From Marsupella aquatica (taxonomy: Eukaryota; Plantae; Marchantiophyta), in NCBI GenBank assembly GCA_973895155.1, contig OZ316891.1, positions 523,558 through 587,557 on the forward strand: a stretch of 64,000 bases of DNA. The letters are read 5' to 3'. Below the pieces are notes generated by a model. It saw nothing but the letters and a program-made list of their open reading frames with translations. It was not told the DNA's origin and made no database searches. Every line of letters starts with the position of its first letter. Position 1 is the first letter of the stretch. The position numbers and the translations under genes are program-made. Shown here piece by piece: positions 39,301-51,632 of this stretch.

Positions 39301-39780
39301 GTGAAACTTGGGGGGCAGAAGTCTTGGTGTCGACGGGCTGGGTTGGCGAGCCTCAACCATTCTGCCTGAAAATCTGTGTGGTGGGCAGCAACGCCTGCTG
39401 GGGGAAGGCAGGGGGCATCACCATTGTTTTATGGAACATGCTTTAGGCAAATCAGACGGTCATGAGGACATCTTTTGCGCATTGAGTGGAAGATATTGGA
39501 TCCGAAAACATTCAAAACTAGTGTGTTTATCAACGCACAAAATCATCACCATATAGACCAGATACGAAAAGGGCATTTTGTACTCACATGACATGACTTC
39601 CACCACTCTTGTGAAAGGCATTATTCATATTGTTTCAAAAATTAGAGCTACAATTTTGTGTTTTTCACCAAATTTTGTGAACTCTTACTTTGTTGTACTT
39701 AGAATTTGTTCCTCAATGCCCAAAGAGGCATGGCTCTGTTGTGTGGGCATCGTTATGTGGTAATTTTCTGTGGTAATTCA

Positions 39781-40040
39781 CTTGAGAGGAGACTGATAGT
39801 TCTTTGGGTTCAAATGTTATGATTGACTGCCTTTGTGTGGTAGCTCACCCGAGAGGAGACTGATAATTCTTTTGGTTCAAATGTTGTGATTGATTGTTCC
39901 TTACAATTTTGGTTCAAATGTTGTGATTGATTGTTCCTTACAATTCACAAGAGAGGAGACTTCATAGTTCTTTTGGTTCAAATGTTATGATTGATTGTCC
40001 CTTATAATTACTTGGGTTCAAATGTTGTGATTGACTATTC
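39781..40040. repeat. Tandem array of five GGTTCAAATGTT(A/G)TGATTGA motifs, three preceded by GAGAGGAGACT
   Basis: Copies at ~39807, 39874, 39911, 39975 and 40015. Confidence 0.9.
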
Positions 40041-40267
40041 TTTTGAAACCCCAGACTTCCCTCAAAATTATTGTTTTTGCATCTGAATTGATATGTGTGG
40101 ATCACAGATTTCCCTCAAAAAATTATTTTTAAAAAATTTTAAATTTTTGTTTGTACGTTAATTGATGAGCATATGGGTATGTACCTCTACGTTAGGAGTT
40201 TTTACAGGCTGTGGACCATAGCTTCCCAGAACAAATTCTTTGTAATGCTTATTTTCTAGTATGATTT

Positions 40268-40575
40268 GTTCACTCAACGTCCTAATTTGATGCCACTTGG
40301 CGATCAGAATGCCCAAGAGTTTGTGCTTTGGAAGCTTGCATGGCCTCCAAACACAAATTCGTTGATTACTTACTGTCCTGACTTATCCACTCAACAACGC
40401 CCTCCAATATCACATGGCGATCAGAATGCGCAAACGCGGCCAAGTACCTCCGGGAATGAGATACAAGTTTAATAATACACAGATGGCACAATTGCACACT
40501 CTAACAACGCCCTGCTTTGATGTCACAGGGAGATCAGTATGTGCAATCACTGCCAAGTACCTCAGGAGATAAAAG
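40268..40575. repeat. Three degenerate ~110-bp repeats
   Basis: cactc..caacg.cct..cac.tggcgatcagaatg.(caa..gccaagtacctc.gg) at ~40270, 40387 and 40496. Confidence 0.75.
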
Positions 40576-41546
40576 TATACTATACCATACACAAAAAATT
40601 GAAACCCAGCCTTCCCGTGAAAGCTTCACTTTAGAAAGAAGCGGTCCTCCGTTCGACTTGCTACTTATCACCCCAATCTGCAATATCTTCCAGCTAGGAA
40701 TCTTCCTGCATTTTATCTGTCTCCAGCAGAAGGGCATGCAAGCTGCATCGAGAGATTGCCATGAAAACAAGAGCTCATTGATACCTTCATTGAGAGCTTT
40801 GCATTTTTAAATACTACGAGCTTTATTTCAGAAGCAAATTTCCAAGAAACAACTCGAGTTCTGGCAAAAGCTGCTTTCTGTGGCATGAGTATCTTGTAGC
40901 TTGGGAACTCCTGAACTGCTTCAAGTAAAAGATGGACTGCGCAATCTTTGGATTAAGATTTATCGGTGCAGCGTGTCTTGTACTACCAGTTCAACCGGGC
41001 AAGACAAGTAGAGGGTTCTTATGCAAACTTACCCAATTAATTGTTGGAAGTCTACCCTACATGTTTCGCGAGAGTTCTGCATAGTGTTGACGACACTGCT
41101 TTACTTAATCACCCAGAATAGTCACTGGCTGTATCTGCGCGATTCACCTCAAGCCACGGGCGGTACTATACTTGGTAGTCGAGCTCACGAGGAGATGTGC
41201 AGTACAGTACACAGAAGTTCACGATGGTATGAGGGAACAAACTTAGCACCAAGTCCTGCTGGAACCAAAAGATGGACACCGTACAAAAAAGGAATTGAGA
41301 AAGATAGCGTCACAAAAGCTGTTTCTGTTGCCACGAGGGACTTAAAACCAGATTTCTCCTGGGTTAGCCTTGATCTAATACGACATACACAACGAAGGAA
41401 TTTCTACACTGATCTCTGAATCTGCTTGAAACAACTTGTTCCAGGAGCTTATGGCATCGTTTGCTTTCTTTCCAACGTTAGGAGTGACAGGAAACTAGAT
41501 TCCCAGAAAAAACCTTTTTTGGTCAATGATGTCTTGCACGAATTGC

Positions 41547-42389
41547 TCACATCGAATTGATCATTTTTTTCAGAATTTTCCGTTTTTGTCGATCTTCCAC
41601 CTGCAACGCTCTTTCTGTAAGAACTTGCTTCAAACGGCACATTGACTTACGCACCTGGCAATAGACGGACATTACCCGTAAGTCCACATTCCCAAATTAT
41701 CATTATCCAAGATTCTACACAAGGAAATTATTCCACTCACTACTCCGATGAACAGGAAGACCGTTACCTTTGACATTCGTTCTGGATTGGGCATTCGGAG
41801 GCTTTGCGACAGCAACATCTGCTTTTGTGAAAGTAGCATGTTCTTTTCCTTTAGAAACACGTACCACAGCTTGTGCAGGTCGTCCCACGACTTTAGTCTC
41901 AATTCAGATGCTTTCCAGCCTCTGCCTGCAACAAAAAACACATCGGACATGACGAAACACGATGATCTGACCCAGAAACTACCTCAATTGATCTTACAGT
42001 TCACGGAGTCCATAGCACAAGTGTTACACGAAGACATTCAGCTCTCGTGGAGGCTACATCACTGGAAAAAATCTGTTGGGGTAACTTTCCTACTTGGACG
42101 GAAAAAATTGAGCGATCTAGACCTTACCCACAAGAAATTATCCAGCTCGGTTAGGTGCTACACTTAAAAAAAAAAAACTCCATTAAATCACTGGTACCAT
42201 AGTTAGAGGAATCAAAGGAACGAGCGATTTGAAAAGGGCACGGGAGATACCGTAAACAATCTTCTTATCAGACGCGGGATCTCGGCCACTCTCGAAAAAT
42301 TCTGCCAGTCCGCCACTCATAGGCCGGACTGCTGTACGAGTATGCGCTGAAGCCACCACAGGTCGCAGCAAAGTCCTAAAAGCCTGCAT
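41547..42389 (-). CDS. MRPL47: Mitochondrial ribosomal protein L47 (uL29m), 3 exons
   Basis: Exons ~42389-42251, 41925-41768 and 41654-41547: [63 protein letters not shown]. Confidence 0.93.
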
Positions 42390-45300
42390 TTTGTACTAAA
42401 CTCTCGTTCGATCTATCTCCTGTCAAAGCAATTACTACCTAAGAGATTTCCTAGGAGGGCTCTCCCTAACAATATTGCTCTCCGTCCGTCAGCAGGAGAA
42501 ATCGCAACCGACACGGTAAGAAACCGGGCGAAAAACATAACCCTAATTTTGTTCAGTTGCTTGTTTGACCATTGAAACCAGGAGTCCCAATTGCTGTAAA
42601 GATGTTCAAGTGACCTGCAGGAGTCATAGTTGCAGAAATTTTAGTGCGTCAAATTCAATATCACTGTAGGCCTGAAAAGCCCGTGCAGAGAAAGGGTTTC
42701 GCAAAGCTGAGAGTTCTGTGGTGAGCTTTGATAGAGTGCTTAGCCCCTGCCTCTTCTTCTAACTGGACACTTTCATTTGCGTAGATGAGCCCTAGATGGT
42801 CCTTTATGGTCAACTAATGAGATACCCTGACAATTGAAAATTCTCAAAAATACAATTTGCTCTTTTTGGTACATAGGATTATTCTAGCCCAATGCGAGTG
42901 CATTCAAGATACAGAGACAAAAACAAATGCAGGTGAATCAAGGAGGTTGTGAAGGTGGTTGGTGAAATCTCTTATGTGCGGGAGATATCTTCTGTGTCAT
43001 TGCTACTACGCTCTTGTTGTGACCATGCAGAAGTCTGGCTATTTTGGTTGAGTGATTATTCTTGCAAAAACGTTATCAATTTCTTTAATGTTGTTGTTGG
43101 GAAGGGCAAGAGGAGACGGATAAGAGTAGTCTTAACATCACAAAGTCCAAGCACTATTGGTTGACAAGAGGAATAATTAATTATTTCTCTATTTATTATG
43201 TCTTTTGTTTTGTTTTGTTGTTTCTTTTCCGTTTCCCCTGTTATTTTTTTTCCATTGAGGTCAGGAATAGGGTAGCTTGGGACAGGTGGGTAGATGTGAC
43301 AATTCAAAAAAACTTTATTTTGGGGAAGGGCCAGGTTGATAGCCAGATGAAACTAGGCATTTTCTTGGGTTGAGAGTTATTATGTAATTTCATCTACTAC
43401 TCTGATAACTAATCTGGCCAGTTTTAGTCTCTCCTCATGTTACAAAAGTGAAAAAGGAGGGAACAATGCTCAGCTGCCACATATTGTCTAGAATTATTTA
43501 AGGCTTTTGGATTGAGTGAAATTAAATTATTTAAGACTCTTGGGTTGAGTTAAGATTGGTTCTAAGTTATAATACAAGGTATAATATGTCCTAGAGTACT
43601 TGAATGTGTTACTGTAGGTATTTTTTAACTTGTTTATAATACCTTTTGGAATGGAGCATTAAAGTGAAATAGATTGACTTGAGATCATGGTTTTTGGCAT
43701 GGAGCTAGCACTAAGGGGAAGTTGACATAAGATTGTTTTTGGCTTTTGCTCTTAAAAAGGAGATTTCAGTTTTTGGAGGTTAATTGTCTTTCCCAATTTT
43801 TACTCTTTTTAATGGTGTTGAAGAAGAGAAAAAGGAGGAGCGGGAAGGACTAGGCACTAGGAGGGCAAGAGGGGTAATTAAGCACAAGGAAAGTAAGGGA
43901 GAGGATGGGAGAGGGAAAAACACGGAGGCCAAAAATAAATAAAAAGTTGGGTACAAGAATTTTGGTACAAGAAAACACAGGATGACAACCAGCCTTGGGT
44001 GATGTTTGTGAAAGACGACAATGAAACAGGAGAGGATCGGCTATTACAGTAGTTGCAGATTCGTACTTGTGGTAATCAAATGTGGTAGTGCCGTAATTGC
44101 AAACTAAGCTTGATTCAACCTAACTGTAGTTGGGAACAAATTCTCAAGTCAAATGGGCACTCCCATAGACCGAGTGCCATAAGGGGAGTACAGCACAAGG
44201 AGAGGTAAGGCAAATATGGAAGATCAACTCTTCGGCTTTATTTATGGCCACCACCATCACTAACACTTAAGATCATAGATACTATACTCAGACCATGTAA
44301 ATCCGTGCCTTCTACAATGAGCCGAGTTTTCCGAGACAGGTGGATAATTGGAGCACTACTGTAGATTTTACGTTTTGGATCATGGAGTTTCTGGTCGTTA
44401 CAAGATTTTGTACTGCTGTTAATCAATCATTTTGGCCGACTTCCGGAATTTTCTGCCGTAAATATGAAGTGGACTTGTCGAATTTTATCAAGCTTCAACT
44501 GGTTCTTGAGAGTCTTCTCAAAGCATGAAGTGACGGTAAGGGCGAATCACGTAGAGACTCGTGGCTTCGTCCGAAAATAAAGGTCGACCGGTATGCAAAT
44601 ACAATTATCGAAACAGAGCACAATTTGATTGTCGTCAAGTTAAACCTGCGTTGATAACACGTCGCCAGATAACAATGAGCCGCACATCAGATTTGTGTTT
44701 TAGCCAGCAGGACATTTTCTTCATAATCATGTCGAACCAATGGAACAGGTACTACAAGGGAAATATGATTCCAACTTGATCTGGCAAGACGAATGCGAAT
44801 ATCAGACGAGGACATACAAATTGGTCAAAGCAAGCATAGAAACGATGGAACAAATGCATAATCGTAGCACCTGGACTCTGAATAGAGTGGTAAAAAACAC
44901 TGCATTAGGTGAGATAAAGTAGCATCATCATCTGAACAGCCCAGGATTCTTCAATTTCAAGTTGAAAATAGAATCACGTTGACAGAATGCAGACAGCGTA
45001 TGTAACTTTTTAATCCCCATTGATATGGCTCTGATGCTAGAACACAGCTGTACGATAGGAACTTTACCATCAGATTAGGCTCTCTATGCCTAAATCCAAT
45101 AACAGTCAGGATCAAGTTTTCCCTCCCTGGTCAAGCTAGGGCATAACAATGTTATAATTGCCTATCAAATTGCTGAAGATTGGACTGCAACAACTAAGCT
45201 CGCAGGCTTAGCTCACATACAAGTGAGCTACTATGATAAGACTGGAGAGACAGGACGAGGTACTGAGAAGCAAGTTTGCGAAGGCCCTTACGAGTCTCCA

Positions 45301-45449
45301 GAAGAATTTTCGGCGAGATGCAGATAACTCTTGCGGATTCCAGATCATTCTGCACACCACAGAGCTGACCTTCCGACCAGTCTGTATTTATAAAAAACAA
45401 TTTCGCTCTAAGCTAGAGGAACACTTGGAGATGGGCGTAGAATTAAAAA

Positions 45450-46193
45450 CTAAAACCCGTAGTCGATGGCCAAATCACGGTCTGTAAAGATTCCTCTTTG
45501 TGCCTGAGGACTTTGCTGTTGTTGTTGTTGCTCTTGAGAAGGTTGTGAGAAGACACTGTCTGTATCCGGTAGAAGCAATTTCTCTTCATCATCGGCGAAT
45601 TCGAAGGCAGGATGGGAGAGCAACTTCTCCAGAAGCTGAGTGCCACGTAGAGCATTGGTCAGAGGTAAATGGCCTAGTGGAGTCGGGTCCGCTACATCCC
45701 ACATGAACTCGAGCAGAAACTTCTTATAAGCGCTGTTTCGAGAGTCAGCCATCGGTCTCGTCCATCCTACCTTGGAGAAAAACACTGTCCAGCTCTCGTT
45801 ACAACTTTTCCAGATGCGCCTCTGTACGGAATAACCAAACTTATTGTCGCTGTAGGCTCTCCATAGCCCATCTATTGTCCTCAAGTCTACGTCTGGGATG
45901 AACTGCACCTCGGAGTAATAGACCCATTTGCGTCTCACAGCAACATCACCGGCAAGCACACACAACAACTGCCTCGTCTCAGCATCCGCTGCCTCCCATT
46001 CTCCAGCCGCAAGCTTGTCCCGAAGTGTTTCATAGCTCACGCCAAGCTCCGATTTCAAATCCACCTCCTGCTGCGGCCTGGAAATTGATGCTGCTGAAGA
46101 TGCTGTTGTTCCTACCACTCTCAAGCACACCCTATGGGACGTCGACGTCGTACAGAAGGAGACACTGACAGGGATGATGGTAACTGCACACAT
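45450..46193 (-). CDS. GUN4: GUN4 tetrapyrrole-binding Mg-chelatase cofactor, intronless
   Basis: LRDKLAAGEWEAADAETR..RRKWVYYSEVQFIP..DLRTIDGLWRAYSDNKFGYSVQRRIW..GHLPLTNALRGTQLL..DYGF. The true start may lie upstream at 46297 (see findings). Confidence 0.92.
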   Translation of the reverse strand: MCAVTIIPVSVSFCTTSTSHRVCLRVVGTTASSAASISRPQQEVDLKSELGVSYETLRDKLAAGEWEAADAETRQLLCVLAGDVAVRRKWVYYSEVQFIPDVDLRTIDGLWRAYSDNKFGYSVQRRIWKSCNESWTVFFSKVGWTRPMADSRNSAYKKFLLEFMWDVADPTPLGHLPLTNALRGTQLLEKLLSHPAFEFADDEEKLLLPDTDSVFSQPSQEQQQQQQSPQAQRGIFTDRDLAIDYGF

Positions 46194-46999
46194 TGCCGAA
46201 GCTGCTGCTGCTGCTGTCTCACCGGCAGGCGTGGAGAGCCTGAGGTGACTCCGATTCCGACTCCCATGGAGCCCTTCAGGGCTTCCAGCGACATCATTTT
46301 CGCTCTAGCGCACAATTCTATGACAAAACTCTAAGGGAATTGGAAAGCTCCTGACAAACGCGTGTCCTTCCGGACCAATTGTTAATCTTACTATTTTGCT
46401 CCAATGCACATAGGATGACTCGGCTGCCCGCCCTCCCAGCACCCCACCTGCTCCCCTGCTATTCACTAGAAAGATGGTGATGACTACCACACTCCCACCA
46501 CACCATTTCTCGTCAAGAACCCTTCCTCTTACTCCACTAGAGTAAGCTGTTGTGGATATGGCTGAGGAGTAAGGGCTTCTCTCGATGCGCTCCTCAAATC
46601 ATGTTCTGAAACTTGGTGTCCACGGTCCACCCCGCTACGCTCCCACAGCTCCTCTTTCTGTCAGCTTCTACAGTGGACTCTTGGTGACCCAGCCCATTTA
46701 AATTTTGAATGAGTTAGACTGGCCAACTCTCCAATGGCCCTGCGGTTAAATTCTCTTTTTATTCTAGATGTTCCTGAACCGTCAGAACTTCATACATACA
46801 TTTGAGGAAGACCGTTAGATCTGGCAGTACTTATGGTATGGAGGTAAGTATTTGGCGAATGAGGGCGAAATTCTGTCACTTGTGCCTCTGTCAATCTCCC
46901 ATTGTCAATAAGTGCGGTGACATGTCATAATTCTTTGATAAATGTTTCAGTCATCGTCCTTCCCTTGGGTAATAGGTCATAGTTGGTGGTACTAAATCC

Positions 47000-47121
47000 T
47001 TGCACCAAACTACATATCCTAACCCCTCAATTTTATCCATACTAGCCTGTATGCATGCTGGCGCTTTCCATATTAATAGCTGATGAATGAATTACAAAAG
47101 GACTACTGTAGCTTGGTGCAA
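47000..47121. repeat. Short inverted-repeat-bounded segment, possible MITE remnant
   Basis: ttgcaccaaactaca (47000-47014) and tgtagcttggtgcaa (47107-47121) are 14/15 complementary. No TSD seen. Confidence 0.35.
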
Positions 47122-47702
47122 ATAAAACAAAACGCCTCTACAAATTTGAAAAACTACAGTCTGTACTTGAGTTAACTTGGAGTCCCAGTTGTTGGAGTTG
47201 GTCTAAAGTTTTCCAGGTAAAACTGTTGTTGATTAATCCAAGGAGACTAACCCGAGATGGCTCCCTCTGGATGGGTTGATACGTGGCAAAGCAGAATTGG
47301 CTTCGCCTTACCCCGGTCTAGAGTACCCTAAACCTAGGAGGCCTCGTGTCGAGTGGCTCGTGTCGTGAAAACCCTCCTGTCCCCGACGTTGGTTCCCTGT
47401 CACTCACTTCACTCCCCTCCCCTTTTACGCGAAGAAAAGTGTCGAATGTTGGTAGATTTCACTGCGACAAAGCTTGTAAGGGCGAGGGTGGGCAGGAATA
47501 CCGTGCATTGTGCATTCACTGAAGCGAGGCCAGGCCAGGGAAGGAATCCCTGCTGACCCTACACCAAATCCTGTCTACATTCATATGATGCAATCTTGAA
47601 ACATTTGGGCACTTTCTTTAGTAAACAGTGGGGAGAGCCTATGGGGACAGTCAAGTTGGGTGAATTGGAGATTCCTCACGCGTGCAGTGTCTAAATTTTA
47701 TC

Positions 47703-49477
47703 ATGGAGTGCATCGTTCAGGGTATCTTGGAAACTCAGGTACCTTCCTTTGCACTGCGAGTCCTCGGCTTGTATATTCTCTGCTTGCTCATCACGCGATT
47801 CTTTGGTTTGCTCATTGTTTAGCTTGCGTGAGCGTCCGCATCCAGTCTCTGACCGGAGGTGGTTTCTGCCGCGTACCAGGATTAGGCTGGTCCTAAGTTC
47901 TAACCGTTAGTTGAAGATGAAGAGATTTTATTGTCATTTTCTTCTGGGCTGTAGCCGATACTGAAGCACTTGTGCAACAGCACGTGGTTGCGCTCGAGGT
48001 TTTACTACAGGGCCTGTGTGGAGGCATTTGCGAGACGCTGAAAGTTCATGAAATATTTCTGAAGAGTGGGCCCAACCTTGGTATGTCAATTCCGTCGTCT
48101 CTTAGCCAAGTGTGCAAATAATATCTACGCTTTAAGTAAGACAGGGCACATTCTCAAGTGGAGAAGCTCAATCTCACATCTAGAATCGGTTCAATGAATC
48201 AATCAACGTCCAAACAGACGTGTTGTTTTAGAACTTCACGGCTCTTAGCCTCTATACTATATTCTTTATAAAAGTTGAGTTTATAGAACTCGTATCAACC
48301 TGTTTTTCACTGGTCAAGCAGGAGCTGTGGCTTCTGAGATTCATCTATTATGTTCTCTCTCCCAGGCGGAGCCCGTTTGGTGAGTCCCCCATGACCTACA
48401 TGGAGCTATAAATAATCTTTTGTCTGTTCTATTGTCTCTTACATCGTGCATGACTTTCGTTGCTATTGTTGAGAGTTGTAAACAAGTCTTGTACCCTTTG
48501 TTTGAAGTCGTAAGGAATGAGTACCCCAAGTTAATGGTGTGGAGTTTTGGCGATTTTCTCTAATTTCTCGAGTTTCTCATCCACCACTCCGTGTATGTAT
48601 TATAGCTTGTCGAAATAGCAGCAACGTTGGGAGCAGAATGTACCTTTTATTGAAGCATGTACTAGTTGACAGCTGATTGAGGTCAGAAATGCTATTTGTT
48701 TTGGTTCAAATCGGTTGCAGTTCTGTTTTGCTATGTAAAACTAGTTGACAATTTTCTGTTTGATAAGAGCAGGACTGTGAGACATGTTGGGGGTGCTATG
48801 AGAGGAGCAGGTGCAGATCAGTTACCTGCATTGGTACGAAGTGTTTTGGAAGCGGGCATTGGCACCAATGCTTTACCGTTTCTGTATGCTCTAGGGTATA
48901 AACTGGACGGCGAACTGCTGCGTACTGGCTTCTCCTTTCAATTCCACAGAGTTGTTCCCATCTCTGTCAGAGTTTCATCCATTTCGAGACTACCAAAGTT
49001 GCATGCCGTGGATGAGGCTGTACCAGTGACACCTAACCTTCAGCTGGTGGAGGTCATGGCAGCTGCATCTACGGACAATTACACTGAAGTGGTCAATGCC
49101 ATCTCATCGTTTGCTGAGTTCCTTGCCCCGTAAGTGTCCTTATAAGCATTTCTCCCTGTAAGACGTCTTGAAATGCAGCAATAGCGATTGATCTTGCGCG
49201 CAAAGAAACGACCCTTTTTCTTTATACTTTATCCACTCTAGCAAAATAGTGGAGAGAAACCGAGTTGGTTCAAATAGTTTACATGTATCTGGCTATTTTC
49301 TTATTCGGTGCAGGGATTGCACTAGAAGGGTTCCTTCTGACGCTACTAGGCAATTGACTTCTGGTGTTTTGCAGACTTTTACATCTTTCAAAGCCAGGGG
49401 TGATGACGGGGGTTGTGCCAACTGCAGCCACGGCAGCTGCATCTCTCATCTCGAGGGGAGCCATGAAGATGTCCTGA
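47703..49477 (+). CDS. MED18: Mediator of RNA polymerase II transcription subunit 18, 5 exons
   Basis: Exons ~47703-47738, 47981-48080, 48322-48379, 48773-49129 and 49375-49477: MECIVQGILETQHVVALEVLLQGLCG..KSGPNLG..WTVRHVGGAMRGAGADQ..YALGYKLD..AVDEAVPVTP..LHLSKPGVMTGVVPTAA. Confidence 0.95.
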
Positions 49478-51632
49478 GACTCATGTACATCTCCAGAATG
49501 GCTTGATTGTTCATATGGCACTACCCGATACAGTTGTTCCCATGAAATGCGTTCACTTGCTTCGACACGACAGTACGGGAGATAGTTAGCAAGTTAGTAT
49601 TCTCATTTGGCAACTTGGCATTGGTTTGAAGTGTCGCAACCCTTCATCCAATGATTTTGTGCTCTGAGTAAATCTTGGAGTAATATATTCAGAGTGTCTT
49701 GGAGGCGGAGGTTGGGAGCGAAGGTTATTACTTCGAAGTGGAAGTCACGAGTTTTTCAAAGTCTTGGTAGGGTTTTGCTCATCAGCAGGGATGATGTAAT
49801 GCCAAAGATAGGAGTCGTTGTCATAAATAGAGACAAACGAATGTCAGAGGATTTACCGTCGTTCTTCTCAGAGGAGTAAAGACGCTCAGAGAACAAAAGC
49901 TTGGGTCAGGATCATCTCCTTTTCCAGTCGTTTCTAGATTTCTTAGAGAAGCCAACTAGGGCGGATGACGGTGCTTCACGTAAAGAAGGTGATTTACGCT
50001 CTAGAGGGTATGTTTTGAATCTCAATCCACGTCAATCATTCAGCAATGAGTGATTACGCTGGGGATGGAGAATACTTGCAGTTGGCAAGTACGCAACTGC
50101 AAACGGTTATCTCGAGTTTGTTTGTTGGGCCAGCATACAAAAGCAACCTTGGGTTCGCAATACTCAGTTCATGATTCACGATATATACACAAGAAAGCGT
50201 GTCAAGTTTCTAAGCAAAACCTTCCAGTCCCTTCAAATTTTCGATCACATGCAATTTTCAGAGCCGGTTGGGTTCTCAATTGGAATTGTTGGATCCAAGT
50301 TGCTCTCGCAGCATGAAATCTATTATGTTGCAACGTCTACAGCAGTACTGACCTATATAAGCAATGTTTCGCCTAGTTCAGTGCGGTTTTGAATGGTCCA
50401 ACTGGTTAGTGGAGTTACTTTTCGCCGCGCACATTTGGCTATGACAAGTCAATTCCATATCACCACTTTGAAAACCATCTCAGCTGATCTCTTACGTTCA
50501 CCCAAGAAGCGAAGAGATAAGTCACATACTGCTAAAATAGGATGCCGGTATCTTTGCATGATCCTGTAAGGCTTGAGGATCGAGACATGATGTAATAGAA
50601 TGGAAATTACGAATGTAATAAGATCCCTTCGTGAACATAATTACTTTTTCCTGGCCTAATGAGAGGACTTAAATCACTATCCCAGGTGTCAATTATTCGT
50701 TATTGGTACCTCAAGTGACTAGAATGAACTCTTCGAGGGACGAAGCAGTTCAGGTCCATGCAGATGCGCAGCCTTAACTCCGTCTTGAGGGGAGCGAAGT
50801 TCGGTCAGGCTACACGTTTGGGTAGAGAGTGAGGAAAGGAATCATGATACTCCCGTAGAGGCTTTTAGCTTGGTCCTGCCTTGGGTAGTTGACCTTGAGA
50901 AGGAAGACAGATCCCGGCTGCCAGCCGTCGAAGGTAGTGGGGCAATGAAACAAGTGCAGGCCTGTACGGAAATTTAAAGCCATCAACTACTATACCATCT
51001 TTTGTCGATCAGGAGGTTCCTGATATCTTTGGAACTACCCGAAATGTTTCACTAAAGGAATTGTCGAGGATGCGAACGAGTTGCCCGTTTTACCATCAAT
51101 ACACCGTGGAGGACGGCAGCCATAAAGTTTGCATCTTTACAGGTTTTGGATGAAGTTAAAGTAGCTGTTTGACATGCTGATCGAATGACCACAATTTGAG
51201 CCAAGTTTCCATCGTTTCGTATCAATCTAGATTGTTATCAATATGACTTTGCAATGTCTCCATTGAAAGAACTTTACCATCCCTCTGTCACTTATAACGA
51301 AGGGAAGTCATTGCTTTTGAATAAAACTTTAACCTGGTCCAGATTAAAGGGACTAAACTGAAGCAACCCTCCAAGCCAGCGAAGATGAGAGACAAAAGTT
51401 TCCGGTCATGAATCGCATTAGAAGTGGATTGAGACAGACACAACTGTTAGGCAACAGAACCATTCCAGTTCTCATTTTCTTGGAAATATCCAGAGTATGT
51501 CTCTTTTCATTGTAAAACTCCTCGAGTGGAGCAAAATTTTACAAGCTGACCCAAAAGACAGTCCTCTGACCACTTTTACTGTGTCTATCAAATGTGTCTA
51601 GAATTTCATATTGTTGTACTACACTCCGCAGC

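Noticed and set aside
39781-40040. CRISPR-like appearance of short repeats with spacers
   Set aside because: The spacers are themselves repeated and irregular in length, there are no cas genes, and the context is eukaryotic.
34700-40700. Terminal inverted repeats or TSD for the putative MULE; CACGG-type end at 40619
   Set aside because: No matching inverted copy found by eye on the left side, so the element boundaries remain undefined.
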